From the NCBI GenBank assembly GCA_966250335.1, contig CBINGZ010000024.1, positions 10,842 to 74,841 of the forward strand: DNA of 64,000 nucleotides, written 5' to 3'. Every line of letters starts with the position of its first letter. Positions within the stretch are counted from its first letter, which is position 1. The notes beneath the pieces are model-generated. The model was given only the letters and a program-made list of their open reading frames with translations. It was not told the DNA's origin and ran no database searches. Shown here in pieces: positions 1-9,925 of the stretch. The stretch comes from an uncultured bacterium (GTDB lineage: Bacteria > Bacteroidota > Ignavibacteria > OLB7). The translations under genes were made by a program, and so were the position numbers.

Positions 1-552
1 GACCGCCTCGGCAAGCTGATCGTAGAACGATCGACCGAACGCGCGCACCAGGGCTTCCTCCAGGAAGCGGTAGAGGGGGACATCCTGCCGGGCGCCGTTG
101 ACGAGGGCCGGGGTACACTGCTGGATCTTCTCGTAGCGGAGGTAGCTTCCGCCGAACAGCTCGTTGATGCGGATCGGGAAGAGATGGCAACTGAGCGGTT
201 TGCGGAAGTCGGTCTCGCCGTTGAAGTAGGCGCGCTCGATGGCGCATTTGGCGACACCCCCTTCGTCGTAGACGAAGACACAATCCCTGTCGTCTATGCA
301 GACCGTCGCAAGATCGTCGTCGTCATCCCCCTCTACGGCGCCGAAGCGCTCGATGTAGCGCCGGTTACGCTCGCTCAGATATCGTGTTGCGACGGAGACG
401 GCGTCGTTGACGGCGGCCGCTTCCTCAGGCAGCAGGGGGGCTCCGCGGCCACCCGGCATGGTGCAGCATGCGCCTTTGCAAGCCCCCAAATCGCACGAAA
501 AACGGGCAGTCGCGACCGCATCATCGGCCAAAACATTAAGGATCGTAAACAT
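1..552 (-). CDS. DUF3109 family Cys-rich protein (partial, runs off window start)
   Basis: Manual translation from ATG 552: MFTILNVLADDAVATARFSCDLGACKGACCTMPGGRGAPL...DFRKPLSCHLFPIRI; the CDLxxCKGACC and KPxSCHLxPIRI motifs are typical of DUF3109. Absent from the ORF track because there is no stop in the window. Confidence 0.8.
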   Translation of the reverse strand, partial: MFTILNVLADDAVATARFSCDLGACKGACCTMPGGRGAPLLPEEAAAVNDAVSVATRYLSERNRRYIERFGAVEGDDDDDLATVCIDDRDCVFVYDEGGVAKCAIERAYFNGETDFRKPLSCHLFPIRINELFGGSYLRYEKIQQCTPALVNGARQDVPLYRFLEEALVRAFGRSFYDQLAEAV

Positions 553-760
553 ACCTATCGTAGCGTTTGTATCGTGCTGAGACAACCCTCTACCCGGACA
601 TAATGTTACTTGCCGATGAGAAGTCGGTTTGTCAGATTGTGCCCCGAAGCGACATCAATATACGAGCGGGCTACTACCCCGCCAACGAAGCGTGTATACA
701 GGAAGAGTAACGACGAAACATCTACAAGATCGCGGCTTTCTACCGAGGATTCCCGGCGCC

Positions 761-1561
761 ATGCAGACCAACGCAGAGTCATTCATATCGGATCAATCGA
801 TGGTCTCCACGGCCCACGGGGATTGTGCGACACCCGGTCGGGAGTTCGCCGAACGGGTCCCCGAATATCTCAGGCCCGGCTACCGCGCGCTGATGATGGG
901 GGATGCCGACAGCGCCATCGAATCGTGGGAATCGCTCTACAATCGCTACCCCTCCGCCGAAGTCTGCGGTCATATCTCCCGCGCTCACTACTACCGGATC
1001 TTCTTCCTCGACCATCTGAACGACTACGCCAGGCGTGCCGAGCATGTGCGGCAGATCCGTCTGTGGGCCGAACGCGCCCTCTCGCTGAACCCGAACTCCT
1101 CGATCGGACATGCGATGCTCGCCGTCGCGATCGGGCAGGAGGCGCAGCTCAGCGGGTCGCAGCGCCAGATGATCCTGAGCGCCTGGGAGGTCCGCCATCA
1201 TGCGGAGCAGGCGATCCTGATCGATAACAACTGGATCGGGCATTACGTTCTCGGTGTATGGCATCGCGAGATAGCTTCCGTGAATCCGGGGCTCCGCGCC
1301 CTTGCACAGATCTTCCTGAGCAAGCTGCCGCGCGCCTCCTACACGAAGTCGATCGAGCATTTTCAGGAGATCCTGCGCCAGTACCCGGAGAACAATTTCA
1401 TCTTCGCGGAGATGGCCTATACCTACGAGCGGATGGGGGATATGAGTCACGCCTGCGCCATGTACCGCACCTGCATCACGATGCCTCTGTTCCGGCACCC
1501 GATCTCCCGCTTCCACACCGAAATCGCCATCGAGCGCCTGGGGCGGAAGTGCAAGCAGTAA
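761..1561 (+). CDS. Tetratricopeptide-repeat-like helical protein
   Basis: ORF 629-1561, probable start ATG 761; TPR-like helices (AERALSLNPNSSIGH, SIEHFQEILRQYPENNFIFAEMAYTY). Confidence 0.6.
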   Translation: MQTNAESFISDQSMVSTAHGDCATPGREFAERVPEYLRPGYRALMMGDADSAIESWESLYNRYPSAEVCGHISRAHYYRIFFLDHLNDYARRAEHVRQIRLWAERALSLNPNSSIGHAMLAVAIGQEAQLSGSQRQMILSAWEVRHHAEQAILIDNNWIGHYVLGVWHREIASVNPGLRALAQIFLSKLPRASYTKSIEHFQEILRQYPENNFIFAEMAYTYERMGDMSHACAMYRTCITMPLFRHPISRFHTEIAIERLGRKCKQ

Positions 1562-1614
1562 CACCGATCTTCCGGCAGTAATTTTATCGCAGAGTGAGAT
1601 AAGAGGGGGCGGAC

Positions 1615-1854
1615 TCAGAGGTCGGCGATCTTCGCAAGGAAATACTCCTTCGATCTGCCGAGTGTCTTGAGGCAGGTCTCGACATGAAGGCGTGGAATAT
1701 CGCGGTCCTTGGTGCGGAAGACAACAGGACGGGGGAGTCTGCTCTCCGGCATGTCCCAGATCTCGTGACTTCCTCTTGAGCGGATGAACTCAAGCCCCTC
1801 GCTCTTGAGGAAGCGGATCCATTTCTCCCGTGGGATGGCTCGGAACGTCGACAT
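1615..1854 (-). CDS. hicA: HicA-family toxin (mRNA interferase)
   Basis: 79 aa from ATG 1854: MSTFRAIPREKWIRFLKSEGLEFIRSRGSHEIW, with the RxxGSH motif; start overlaps the upstream stop (TGATG). Confidence 0.8.
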   Translation of the reverse strand: MSTFRAIPREKWIRFLKSEGLEFIRSRGSHEIWDMPESRLPRPVVFRTKDRDIPRLHVETCLKTLGRSKEYFLAKIADL

Positions 1855-2219
1855 CAGCCGGCCGCATGTACGCCGATCCGGGCGTGAACGGAAGGGATGC
1901 TGATCGTGCGGCTGACTCTCTTCCTGCGGCGGAGCGATCGCTCGACATCGTACGAGAGAGAGGGGGGACGGTAGTCGGTGCTTGCAAGCGTCCATCCCAT
2001 GCGCAGCAGCTCGCGCTCGAGCGTTCCGCGTCTGGCCGTCTCTTCGATGAAAATCTCCACGGCCTCCTCGAACATCTCCCTCGCTTCCTCCTCGCTGTCG
2101 CCGTACGATGAGACCTCAAGCATCGGACAGTACGCCACCCATTGCTCCTCTTCCTCGGCGATATAGACGTCGACATTGACCTTGAAGGAGAGTCTGACAC
2201 GTTGTTCGGTTCTGGACAT
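1854..2219 (-). CDS. hicB: HicB-like antitoxin
   Basis: From ATG 2219: VYIAEEEEQWVAYCPMLEVSSYGDSEEEAREMFEEAVEIF, the HicB N-terminal signature; coupled to hicA. Confidence 0.75.
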   Translation of the reverse strand: MSRTEQRVRLSFKVNVDVYIAEEEEQWVAYCPMLEVSSYGDSEEEAREMFEEAVEIFIEETARRGTLERELLRMGWTLASTDYRPPSLSYDVERSLRRRKRVSRTISIPSVHARIGVHAAG

Positions 2220-2440
2220 TGCAGCGGCCTCGGTTCTGATGGTCTGGGCACAGTATACGAAGAACGGTTTGATCCCGCCATGTCTTGTACAACGTACGGC
2301 GGGCGGCTTTCGTTTTAGATGCAGGATTTGTCCTGAGCGATCGAGCCGTGTCGGAAGAAGGCTGCCCGGACCTGACGAATGACAACAAATCCGCCATCCC
2401 CTCTTTCCCACCCGCTCGATTCCCTGTAGATTTGGCGGCG

Positions 2441-3169
2441 ATGGACTACCTTGAGATCGCTCTCGCGGCGTTGATCGCCGGCACGCTCGATACCGTCGTC
2501 GGATTCGGCGGCACGCTTCTGCTGATGCCCATTCTGGTGATGGTCGTCGGTCCCGTGGATGCCGTGCTCCTGGCGGCCATCATCCCCCTGGGGTGGAACG
2601 GCGTCAGGATCTCGATCGCTCATGCCTGGATCGACTGGAAACGGGGGGGATTGATCGCGGCCGGAGTCGTGGCGGGGGGACTTCTCGGAGGACTCTACCT
2701 GGAAGCCGTCGATCCGGGACTCATCACCCTCGGTCTGGGAGCGCTCCTGCTTCTCTTCGGACTCTACTACATCATCAGGCTCTATATCGAGATTCCACGG
2801 CTTCACGACCTTCCGGTGGCGCTCCTGCCGATCATCGGCGCCGCGGCCGGGGGAGTCAGCGCGATTCTCGGGGCCGGGAACGGTCCCGTGCAGACGATCG
2901 CACTCCACGGGGCGGGTCTCTCGTCGCATGCCACCTCCGCCACCAACGGCCTTCTGGGGGCGCTTGCAGCCCTGGCGCGGCTCGGGGGCTACGCCCTGGC
3001 CGGCTCGATCGGCGAGATCAACTGGGGGTATGGTCTGGTGGGGCTTGTCGCCTCGGGGGCGGGAGCGGTCGTCGGTCTCCGGTTCGTCCGGAAGACACGG
3101 GATACCACGCTGGAGCTGGTGATCGGCATCGCCCTGGTGCTGGCGGCCGTGCGTCTGCTGATGCCGTAG
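2441..3169 (+). CDS. Sulfite exporter TauE/SafE family membrane protein
   Basis: About 240 aa, multiple TM helices, N-terminal GFGGxLLxMP motif and internal GAGNGP repeat. Confidence 0.75.
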   Translation: MDYLEIALAALIAGTLDTVVGFGGTLLLMPILVMVVGPVDAVLLAAIIPLGWNGVRISIAHAWIDWKRGGLIAAGVVAGGLLGGLYLEAVDPGLITLGLGALLLLFGLYYIIRLYIEIPRLHDLPVALLPIIGAAAGGVSAILGAGNGPVQTIALHGAGLSSHATSATNGLLGALAALARLGGYALAGSIGEINWGYGLVGLVASGAGAVVGLRFVRKTRDTTLELVIGIALVLAAVRLLMP

Positions 3170-3208
3170 CGATCTCCCGCCGCTTCTCCCCCTCTTCTCG
3201 GCGTCCCC

Positions 3209-3886
3209 TCAGCTCAGCGTGTAGTAATCCTCTCCTTGTCCGGTGAAGATCCGGATCAGCCCCGCCCGCACCAGCCCGACGAGACTTCGCGAGGCGCGGC
3301 GTTCGGAGATATTGACGAGATGCCGGAACTCCCGGAGCGTGACCCGTCCGTTCTTCTCCAGATGGTCGAAGAGGGCCCGTTCGATCTTCCCGATCTCCAG
3401 ACGGAGCGGAGGAGCCGTCGGACTGGAGGCGGCAAGGACACGGGCGACCTCCTTGCTTGCCAGCACACTCCGTTCTCCCTGCCTGATATAGACCCCCGAA
3501 TCGCCCGGCGGCCGCTGTGTCGGCCCGCCGCCGGCCCCTCCGTTCAGCGGGGCGGGGACAAGGCGGTGCGGCTTGTTCCGGCTTTCCGGGACGTGGATCA
3601 CGATCACATCCTCGCCGTCAAGTTCCTTGATCTCTATCTCTATCTCGACAGGGGGCTCACTGTAGAATTCCGCGGCAGTGGTAAGCAGATCTATTTCAGA
3701 TTTCTCGCTGTCAACGCCGATCACCTTTCCATCATCATCTATTCCGACCAGAAGATGGCCTCCTCTGGTGTTGGCAAACGCGATCATCTCCTTGGCGAAT
3801 TTCTCGAACCCCGAGAATTTCCGCTTGAACTCGACGGTGTCCGACTCGCCGAGTTCGATGATCTCACGAAGTTTCCTGTACGTCAT
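3209..3886 (-). CDS. AlbA_2 (Schlafen-like) DNA-binding domain protein with C-terminal winged helix
   Basis: GESDTVEFKR...KEMIAFANTRGGHLLVGIDDDG motif; C-terminal VTLREFRHLVNISERRASRSL helix-turn-helix. Confidence 0.85.
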   Translation of the reverse strand: MTYRKLREIIELGESDTVEFKRKFSGFEKFAKEMIAFANTRGGHLLVGIDDDGKVIGVDSEKSEIDLLTTAAEFYSEPPVEIEIEIKELDGEDVIVIHVPESRNKPHRLVPAPLNGGAGGGPTQRPPGDSGVYIRQGERSVLASKEVARVLAASSPTAPPLRLEIGKIERALFDHLEKNGRVTLREFRHLVNISERRASRSLVGLVRAGLIRIFTGQGEDYYTLS

Positions 3887-4221
3887 AATTGTCAAAAGCG
3901 CACGTGTGTTCCGGTCCGTTCATCTCCCCGCGCACGGGGAGGAAAATACAAACTTTGGCAAACCGGCAGCGGCCAATTCTTCCCGGCCCGGATGGATGTT
4001 CGTATGTTTAACGCACCCTCGAAGGGGGCGGGACCTCCCCGCAGATTGAACCGTCGAGGGGGTCTCGATGTTCCTTCAGTGTAACGGAAGGGCGTCAGAG
4101 GAATGCAATCAGGGAGATCGCGTGGGGCCCTCGGCGTCCCGGAATCGATCTCAGCCGTACGAATGAACAGGGAGCAATCGGAAGCGCGTGACTGCGGGCA
4201 GGCCGAACCGCTCTTGGAACC

Positions 4222-5166
4222 ATGAGCATAAAGATCTATAAGAATACGCCGAGGCGTGAATCTCTCCATAACGGCGTCGGAATCCTTCCCCCGCCCGATC
4301 CCGCCCAGCAGGAGAAGGAAGCGGACGAGAAGAGGAGGGAGGCGAACGATCGCGTCGCATGGTCGACGATCCTCAAGTACCTTCTCATCGTCATGGGGAG
4401 CGTCTTCCTGCTTCTGGTGCTGGTGGACAAGCTGGTGATGCCGTGGTACGTGAAGCTCGGCGCCGTGCAGCAGGTGCCGGCGGTGGTCGGCCTTCCGTTC
4501 GATTCGGCGAGGAAACTGCTGACCGACCGGGGCTTCGAGATCAGGAAGGGGGAGCCGAGACACGACGACCGCTACCCGGCCGGGACGATCGTCCAGCAGC
4601 TTCCGTACGGAGGGGCCGACACCAAGGAGGGACGTCGCGTCTACCTGACGCTCAGTCTGGGGACCGAGATGATCCCGATGCCCGATATGATCGGCATGCC
4701 GCTCGGTGAGGCGCGCATCACCCTGATGCGGCTGGGACTCGATGTCGGTGAGACCACCTACGAGTACAACGACACGATCATGCGGGATCTCGTCTTCATC
4801 CAGAGCATCCCCCCGAAGGTCGGGGCCCGTCCCGGCTCCTCGGTCGACGTCGTCATCAGCCGCGGTCCCAGCACACGCTACACGATGATGCCGAACCTGA
4901 TTTCGCTCGATGTGGAACAGGCGCGCATCAGGCTGGAGAACGCGGGACTGGTGCTCGGCGTGGTGCGATACAAGCCCGACGCCACGTACGTGGTCAACAC
5001 GGTCGTGGAGCAGTCGATCGCTCCCTATGCCCAGGTGGCCGAACGCGCGGCCGTCGACGTGACGGTGGCTACCGACGGTTCGAATATCTCCACCGATATC
5101 CCCACCGACGAAGGAGGAGGGGAGGGGGAACCCAGCGGTGTCTCCAACCTCAACGAGGAAGAGTGA
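4222..5166 (+). CDS. PASTA domain-containing membrane protein (3 PASTA repeats)
   Basis: One N-terminal TM helix, then VPAVVGLPFDSA, MPDMIGMPLGEA and MPNLISLDVEQA repeats. Confidence 0.9.
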   Translation: MSIKIYKNTPRRESLHNGVGILPPPDPAQQEKEADEKRREANDRVAWSTILKYLLIVMGSVFLLLVLVDKLVMPWYVKLGAVQQVPAVVGLPFDSARKLLTDRGFEIRKGEPRHDDRYPAGTIVQQLPYGGADTKEGRRVYLTLSLGTEMIPMPDMIGMPLGEARITLMRLGLDVGETTYEYNDTIMRDLVFIQSIPPKVGARPGSSVDVVISRGPSTRYTMMPNLISLDVEQARIRLENAGLVLGVVRYKPDATYVVNTVVEQSIAPYAQVAERAAVDVTVATDGSNISTDIPTDEGGGEGEPSGVSNLNEEE

Positions 5167-6467
5167 GCGAACCTGAAGCGCCCGGCGCCCTGCCGGCGGA
5201 TGTCGACGTGATCCCGGCGGCTCCCCCCCGGCGCCGTTTCTTCTGGGGGCGCGATCTTCTCCTTCTCTGGCTGGGACAGGTCGTCTCGGGGCTTGGAGAT
5301 TCGCTCGTCTCGATGGGCTTCGTTTTCCTCGTGCTGGAGATGACCGGCGACGAACGCGCTCTCGGCGGCTTCCAGTCGGTCGCCTACCTGCCGATCGTCC
5401 TCTTCGGGCTCGCCGCCGGTGTCTACGTCGACCGCCGCGACCGCCGCCGCGTGATGCTCGCCGCCGATCTGGGCCGTGCGATCATCCTCGCCTCGCTCCC
5501 CCTGGCCGCCATGACCGGAATTCTGGGGATCGGATACGCCGGGGTTGCCGTGGTGATCTCCTCGGTCTGCATGACCTTCTTCAACCCCGCCTACAACTCC
5601 GCGCTCCCCGTTATCGTCGACGATCCGTCGAAGCTGTTCGGCGTCAATGCGGTGATGCAGTCGTCGCGGCAGTTCGCCTCCATTATCGGCCCGGGCCTCG
5701 CCGCCTACGGGATGGCGCAGTGGGGGCCGCTTACGCTCCTCTCGGCCAATTCGGTCATCTATCTCCTCTCGTTTCTCTGCGTCTACTTCATCGCCCACGA
5801 TCTCCGTTCTACATCTGTCAAGGGGGCGATCTCCCTCCGGGAGCTGCGGAGCGAGATCGCGGCAGGGCTCAGGGCGGTCAGAGGGACCAGGGGGGTGCGT
5901 GAACTCTTCGCCTTCACGCTCGCCAACAACGTGCTGCTGATGGGGCCGGCGCTGGTGGCGACACCGCTTCTGGTGACACAGGTCTTCAAGGGGACGATGG
6001 CCGATTTCGCGATGATCCAGCTGATGTACGCCTGCGGGATGGCGATCACCAGCCTGGTGATGCACAGGCTTCCGCCGATCCGGACTATCGGAATACTATG
6101 GGCGGTGGGGATGATGCTGGACGGGTTCACGTTCGTGATCTACCTCTTCGCCGATACGCTGCCGCTCCTCTACGCGGCGGCGTTCGTTCATGCGCTGGTG
6201 GTCCCGTTCCTCATTATACCTCGCACCACGATCATGCAGAGGAAGCTCCCGCCGGAGATGCTGGGGCGCGCCTTCGGGTATGTCGATATCGCCGTGCTCG
6301 GCGTGACGTCGCTCTCGGCGCTGATCGCCGGGTTCGTGATCAAGGAGATCGGTCCTCTGGAGACGATGGTGTGGGGAGGAGGGACCGCCGGGGTCGTCGG
6401 TCTGGTGGCGCTGGGGTTCCGGTCGATCAGGGAGATCCGTTTCGACGATCATGCGGTCGAAGGGTAG
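5163..6467 (+). CDS. MFS transporter (DHA3/macrolide efflux-like)
   Basis: About 12 TM helices; GxxVDRxDRRRVM MFS motif A; start overlaps the PASTA gene stop. Confidence 0.85.
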   Translation: MSEPEAPGALPADVDVIPAAPPRRRFFWGRDLLLLWLGQVVSGLGDSLVSMGFVFLVLEMTGDERALGGFQSVAYLPIVLFGLAAGVYVDRRDRRRVMLAADLGRAIILASLPLAAMTGILGIGYAGVAVVISSVCMTFFNPAYNSALPVIVDDPSKLFGVNAVMQSSRQFASIIGPGLAAYGMAQWGPLTLLSANSVIYLLSFLCVYFIAHDLRSTSVKGAISLRELRSEIAAGLRAVRGTRGVRELFAFTLANNVLLMGPALVATPLLVTQVFKGTMADFAMIQLMYACGMAITSLVMHRLPPIRTIGILWAVGMMLDGFTFVIYLFADTLPLLYAAAFVHALVVPFLIIPRTTIMQRKLPPEMLGRAFGYVDIAVLGVTSLSALIAGFVIKEIGPLETMVWGGGTAGVVGLVALGFRSIREIRFDDHAVEG

Positions 6468-6498
6468 GTGGCGGTCGGAGGGTAGGGGACGTTTCCCG

Positions 6499-7431
6499 CT
6501 ACCACTCCTCGCCCGGCCCCATCACGGTCGCCTCGCGATCTATCCGGTCGAGCGAGAACCCGGCGACAAGATCGCGGGCCGATACCGGTTCCGGCCGGTC
6601 GATCACTCCGCAGCTCCAGGCGAGCCGGCCGATCAGCTCCTCCGGGGTACGACCCGCCGCGCGCAGTTCCGCCACGGAGACCGAACCGTGCCGCTTGGCG
6701 AGGCGGGTGCCGTCGGAGGCGAGGATGAGAGGAACATGGGCGTAGAGCGGGGGGGGAGCGCCGAAGGTGCGGAAGAGAAGGATCTGCCGGGGGGTGGAAT
6801 CGAGAAGGTCGTTCCCGCGGAGGACATGGGTGATCCCCATCGCGATATCATCAAGCACCACGGCCAGCTGATAGCTGAAGACCCCATCGGCTCGCGCCAC
6901 GATAAAATCTCCGGCCGCCGCGTCCACATCCTCCATGATCGTTCCGGCGACCCCGTCGTGGAATTCCACGGTCGTCCCCGGCTCCACTCTGAACCTCCAG
7001 GAAGGCTCCTTGATCTCCGCCCGTTCGGCGCGGAGGGTGGGGGAGATATCGCGACATGTGCCGGGGTAGCGGTTCCCGGCCGATCCGTGCGGCGCGCTGG
7101 CGATCTCCTTCAGTTCCCTGCGCGAGCAGTAGCAGGGGTAGATCAGTCCCCGGCGCTCCAGATCGGCGAGCGCATCGCGATAGAATCCGAAGCGGGAGGA
7201 TTGAACGTACTCCGGGGCCGGCTCATTGTCCCAGTCGAGGCCGAGCCAGGTCAGATCCCGCACGATCCCCTCGGAGGCGCCCGCCGCGGCGCGCGCCCGG
7301 TCGAGATCCTCGATCCGCAGGATGATCTCACCGCCGAGCGAGCGGGCCTGCAGCCAGGCCAGGAGAAACGAGCGGGCGTTGCCGATATGCAGGTAGCCGG
7401 TGGGGCTGGGTGCGAGTCTGCCTCGAAACAT
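6499..7431 (-). CDS. gluQ: Glutamyl-Q tRNA(Asp) synthetase
   Basis: RLAPSPTGYLHIGN (HIGH), LRIEDLD, YPCYCSR, RLAKRHG (KMSKS-like); 310 aa with no anticodon-binding domain. Confidence 0.9.
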   Translation of the reverse strand: MFRGRLAPSPTGYLHIGNARSFLLAWLQARSLGGEIILRIEDLDRARAAAGASEGIVRDLTWLGLDWDNEPAPEYVQSSRFGFYRDALADLERRGLIYPCYCSRRELKEIASAPHGSAGNRYPGTCRDISPTLRAERAEIKEPSWRFRVEPGTTVEFHDGVAGTIMEDVDAAAGDFIVARADGVFSYQLAVVLDDIAMGITHVLRGNDLLDSTPRQILLFRTFGAPPPLYAHVPLILASDGTRLAKRHGSVSVAELRAAGRTPEELIGRLAWSCGVIDRPEPVSARDLVAGFSLDRIDREATVMGPGEEW

Positions 7432-7470
7432 CGTGTCGCGTGAATGAAGACGGGCTCCGAATCGAGCGGA

Positions 7471-8166
7471 TCAGAAGCGATTGTACTTGTCGAACAGCCC
7501 GCGCGCCTCCTGACCGGAGGCGAGCCCCTGCTGCGTTGCCCCTTCTTCGTTGAGCGCCCGTTCCAGTTCGCCGTAGAGGAGATCGAACTTCTCGCCGGGG
7601 ATCACGATCACGCCGTTGGCGTCGCCGAAGAGAATATCTCCCGGAACAATCGTCTGTAATCCGCAGTAGACCGGGGTGTTGTACTTGAGCATATATCCCC
7701 GGCGCCTGATATCCTTGATGCAGCGGTAGGCGCCGAAGACCGGAAACCCGACCTCCGCGATCTGCTCGATATCCCTGACCCCGCCGTTGACCACGGCGCC
7801 GACGGCCCCCCGCGCCTTCGCGCGGGTGCTCATCATCCCTCCCCAGAGCGCGGCGTCCACCTCGCTGTCGGCCGAGACGACGACGAAGGCGTGGTCCGGG
7901 ATGTTGTCGACCATCTCAAGAAGCGTGTGGATCTCCACGTACTCCTCGGTCGGTACCACCCGGCAGGGGAAGGCTACTCCGCAGACCTTGAGATGGGGAT
8001 CGGGGAGCATCGCCTGCAGTGAATGGTGCATCGCCCCGCTCTTGATGCCGAGCCGTTCCATGGTGTCGGAGACGAGCGGCGTGTAGAATCGGCGCATCCC
8101 CTCCAGCATCGTCTCCAGCGAATCGTGGTGCTGCCTGACTGTCGTCATCTCCGATGTCGTCTCCAT
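7471..8166 (-). CDS. RraA/HMG aldolase family protein
   Basis: ALWGGMMSTRAKARGAVGAVVNGGVRD and PGDILFGDANGVIVIP motifs. Confidence 0.85.
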   Translation of the reverse strand: METTSEMTTVRQHHDSLETMLEGMRRFYTPLVSDTMERLGIKSGAMHHSLQAMLPDPHLKVCGVAFPCRVVPTEEYVEIHTLLEMVDNIPDHAFVVVSADSEVDAALWGGMMSTRAKARGAVGAVVNGGVRDIEQIAEVGFPVFGAYRCIKDIRRRGYMLKYNTPVYCGLQTIVPGDILFGDANGVIVIPGEKFDLLYGELERALNEEGATQQGLASGQEARGLFDKYNRF

Positions 8167-8460
8167 AATGAATCAATGAATCGCTGCCGACGGCGGCACG
8201 ATGGTTCGGTTGATGGTTCCAGTGGTACGATCTCTCCCGTCGGTCCGATCTTCCACGGGGCCGTTTCCGTTCATGGAAACAGCGATTTCGGACGAATCGT
8301 TCGGGCGGTCAAGATGATGAAACGTGCGCTTGTTTACAACTCGCTTCCCCCCTTCCCGCCCCCGTCCGAAACGGGTTCTCTATCTTTGCGGTCCCGGGGC
8401 CGCTCGATCGGTAACGCCGCGATCCCGTGGAGAACGACAACCTCTGCCGACATCATCCCC

Positions 8461-8706
8461 ATGAAGAACATACACGAAACGCAATACGATATCTGTGTGG
8501 AGCATATCCAGGCCCTTCACAGAAACCTGGGCAGGCTCTCGCACACGATGGGAGTCTACAGAGACTCCGATCATACGATCGATCATCTCGACTCGCCGTT
8601 CCTGCTGGATCTCAACCTCGATCTCTACGACCTGAACGCGCGCATGGAGCGGCTGATTCAACGGTTCGACCCTTCGTTCGAAGGACGATATACTTCAAAC
8701 CAGTAG
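8461..8706 (+). CDS. Small hypothetical protein (81 aa)
   Basis: ATG 8461 in ORF 8023-8706; natural-looking composition, ends 4 bp before the next gene. Confidence 0.55.
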   Translation: MKNIHETQYDICVEHIQALHRNLGRLSHTMGVYRDSDHTIDHLDSPFLLDLNLDLYDLNARMERLIQRFDPSFEGRYTSNQ

Positions 8707-8710
8707 GCGC

Positions 8711-9175
8711 ATGGCTCGACACAAGGATCATCGTACCGACAGCCGCAGGGGAGCGCCCGCTGCGCCCGCGCCCGAGGGATGGGCCGACCGACGTTCCCTC
8801 CTGGGAATCTCCGGCGGCATCCTTCTGATCGTCGGGACGTTCCAGCCGATCTGGACGTCGTACTCGTTCGATCTGACGATGTTGCAGACGGCCGGTCTCT
8901 ACGGGCTTGTCGTGATGGCGGTTGCGCTCACGGCGGTGACTGTCGCGTTCATGAAGGCCCACTGGCTCCAGTGGGGGACCGCCGCGGTCTCCGCGCTCAT
9001 GACGATACTGACCGCGCTGAAGGAGCCGAAGGCGATGGTGACGATGACGACGCAGGGAACCCCCGGCTCCGGCCAGCCGTGGAGTCCGGCGTGGGGATGG
9101 ATCCTCCTCGCCGCCGGATCACTGCTCCTACTTGCCGCGGCGTGGCCCCGGAAGGACTCGAACACTATGCGATAG
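8711..9175 (+). CDS. Hypothetical membrane protein (about 4 TM)
   Basis: Four hydrophobic segments; WGWILLAAGSLLLLAAA C-terminal helix. Confidence 0.65.
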   Translation: MARHKDHRTDSRRGAPAAPAPEGWADRRSLLGISGGILLIVGTFQPIWTSYSFDLTMLQTAGLYGLVVMAVALTAVTVAFMKAHWLQWGTAAVSALMTILTALKEPKAMVTMTTQGTPGSGQPWSPAWGWILLAAGSLLLLAAAWPRKDSNTMR

Positions 9176-9620
9176 ATCGGGGAGCTCGGCCGGTGACGGC
9201 GGGCTGTGCCTGAATCACCGGGAGCGATATTCCCGTGGGGAGTGGAGCCCCTTCGAGCTGGACCGGAAGCGACGGCGCACAGCAGACGGAGAGCAGATTC
9301 TCTCTATCCCTGATCATCTCCGGGTCGCGTTCCACCCAGGTCAGTGTCTCCTCCAGGACCCGTGCGGCCGAGGGGTCGGAGGGGAGGGAGATCCTGTAGT
9401 GCATCCACTTCCCGTCGCGGCGCGCGGCCACCACGCCGGCGCGCCGCAGATAGGCGAGATGGCGCGATATCTTCGGCTGGTTCGTCCCCAGCGTCTCCAC
9501 CAGGAAACAGACGCAGATCTCACCCCCCCGCATAAGATTCAGGAGCCGGAGCCGTGTTCTGTCCGCAAGCGCGTTGAAGAGCGCCACCATATCGAACTGG
9601 GTACCGGAAGTACGGGGCAT
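9165..9620 (-). CDS. arsR: ArsR/SmtB family As(III)-responsive repressor
   Basis: FNALADRTRLRLLNLM...EICVCFLVETL...QPKISRHLAYLR; CVC metal-binding box; divergent from aquaporin-arsC. Confidence 0.85.
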   Translation of the reverse strand: MPRTSGTQFDMVALFNALADRTRLRLLNLMRGGEICVCFLVETLGTNQPKISRHLAYLRRAGVVAARRDGKWMHYRISLPSDPSAARVLEETLTWVERDPEMIRDRENLLSVCCAPSLPVQLEGAPLPTGISLPVIQAQPAVTGRAPRSIA

Positions 9621-9925
9621 GGCGGGGTCGAATGTTATGAAATGATAACGCGGGGACCGGCTTGTGTTCAGGCCCGTTCGAGGTATGTTTGTAGCACATA
9701 CGCGTTGACGAATATGTTGACGCGACGCGTGTACGGGGCCGAATGCGCCGACAGGCGCGGTTTCCCGACGAAATTCCCCGCCCGTGGGGCCGTTTCCGCC
9801 CCGCCCCTCGTCCCCCCGTGTTCCTGCGGCGACGAATATGCGCAACGCCCCGGTGACGGCAAAGCGACGGTGGGGAGGGGGGCGTCTCCGGCTCTTTACA
9901 CGGTACCGAAACAATATCGACGTCA

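Noticed and set aside
3209-3886. AlbA_2/Schlafen protein as an anti-phage system
   Set aside because: Standalone short form amid housekeeping genes with host-like composition; no effector or defence context.
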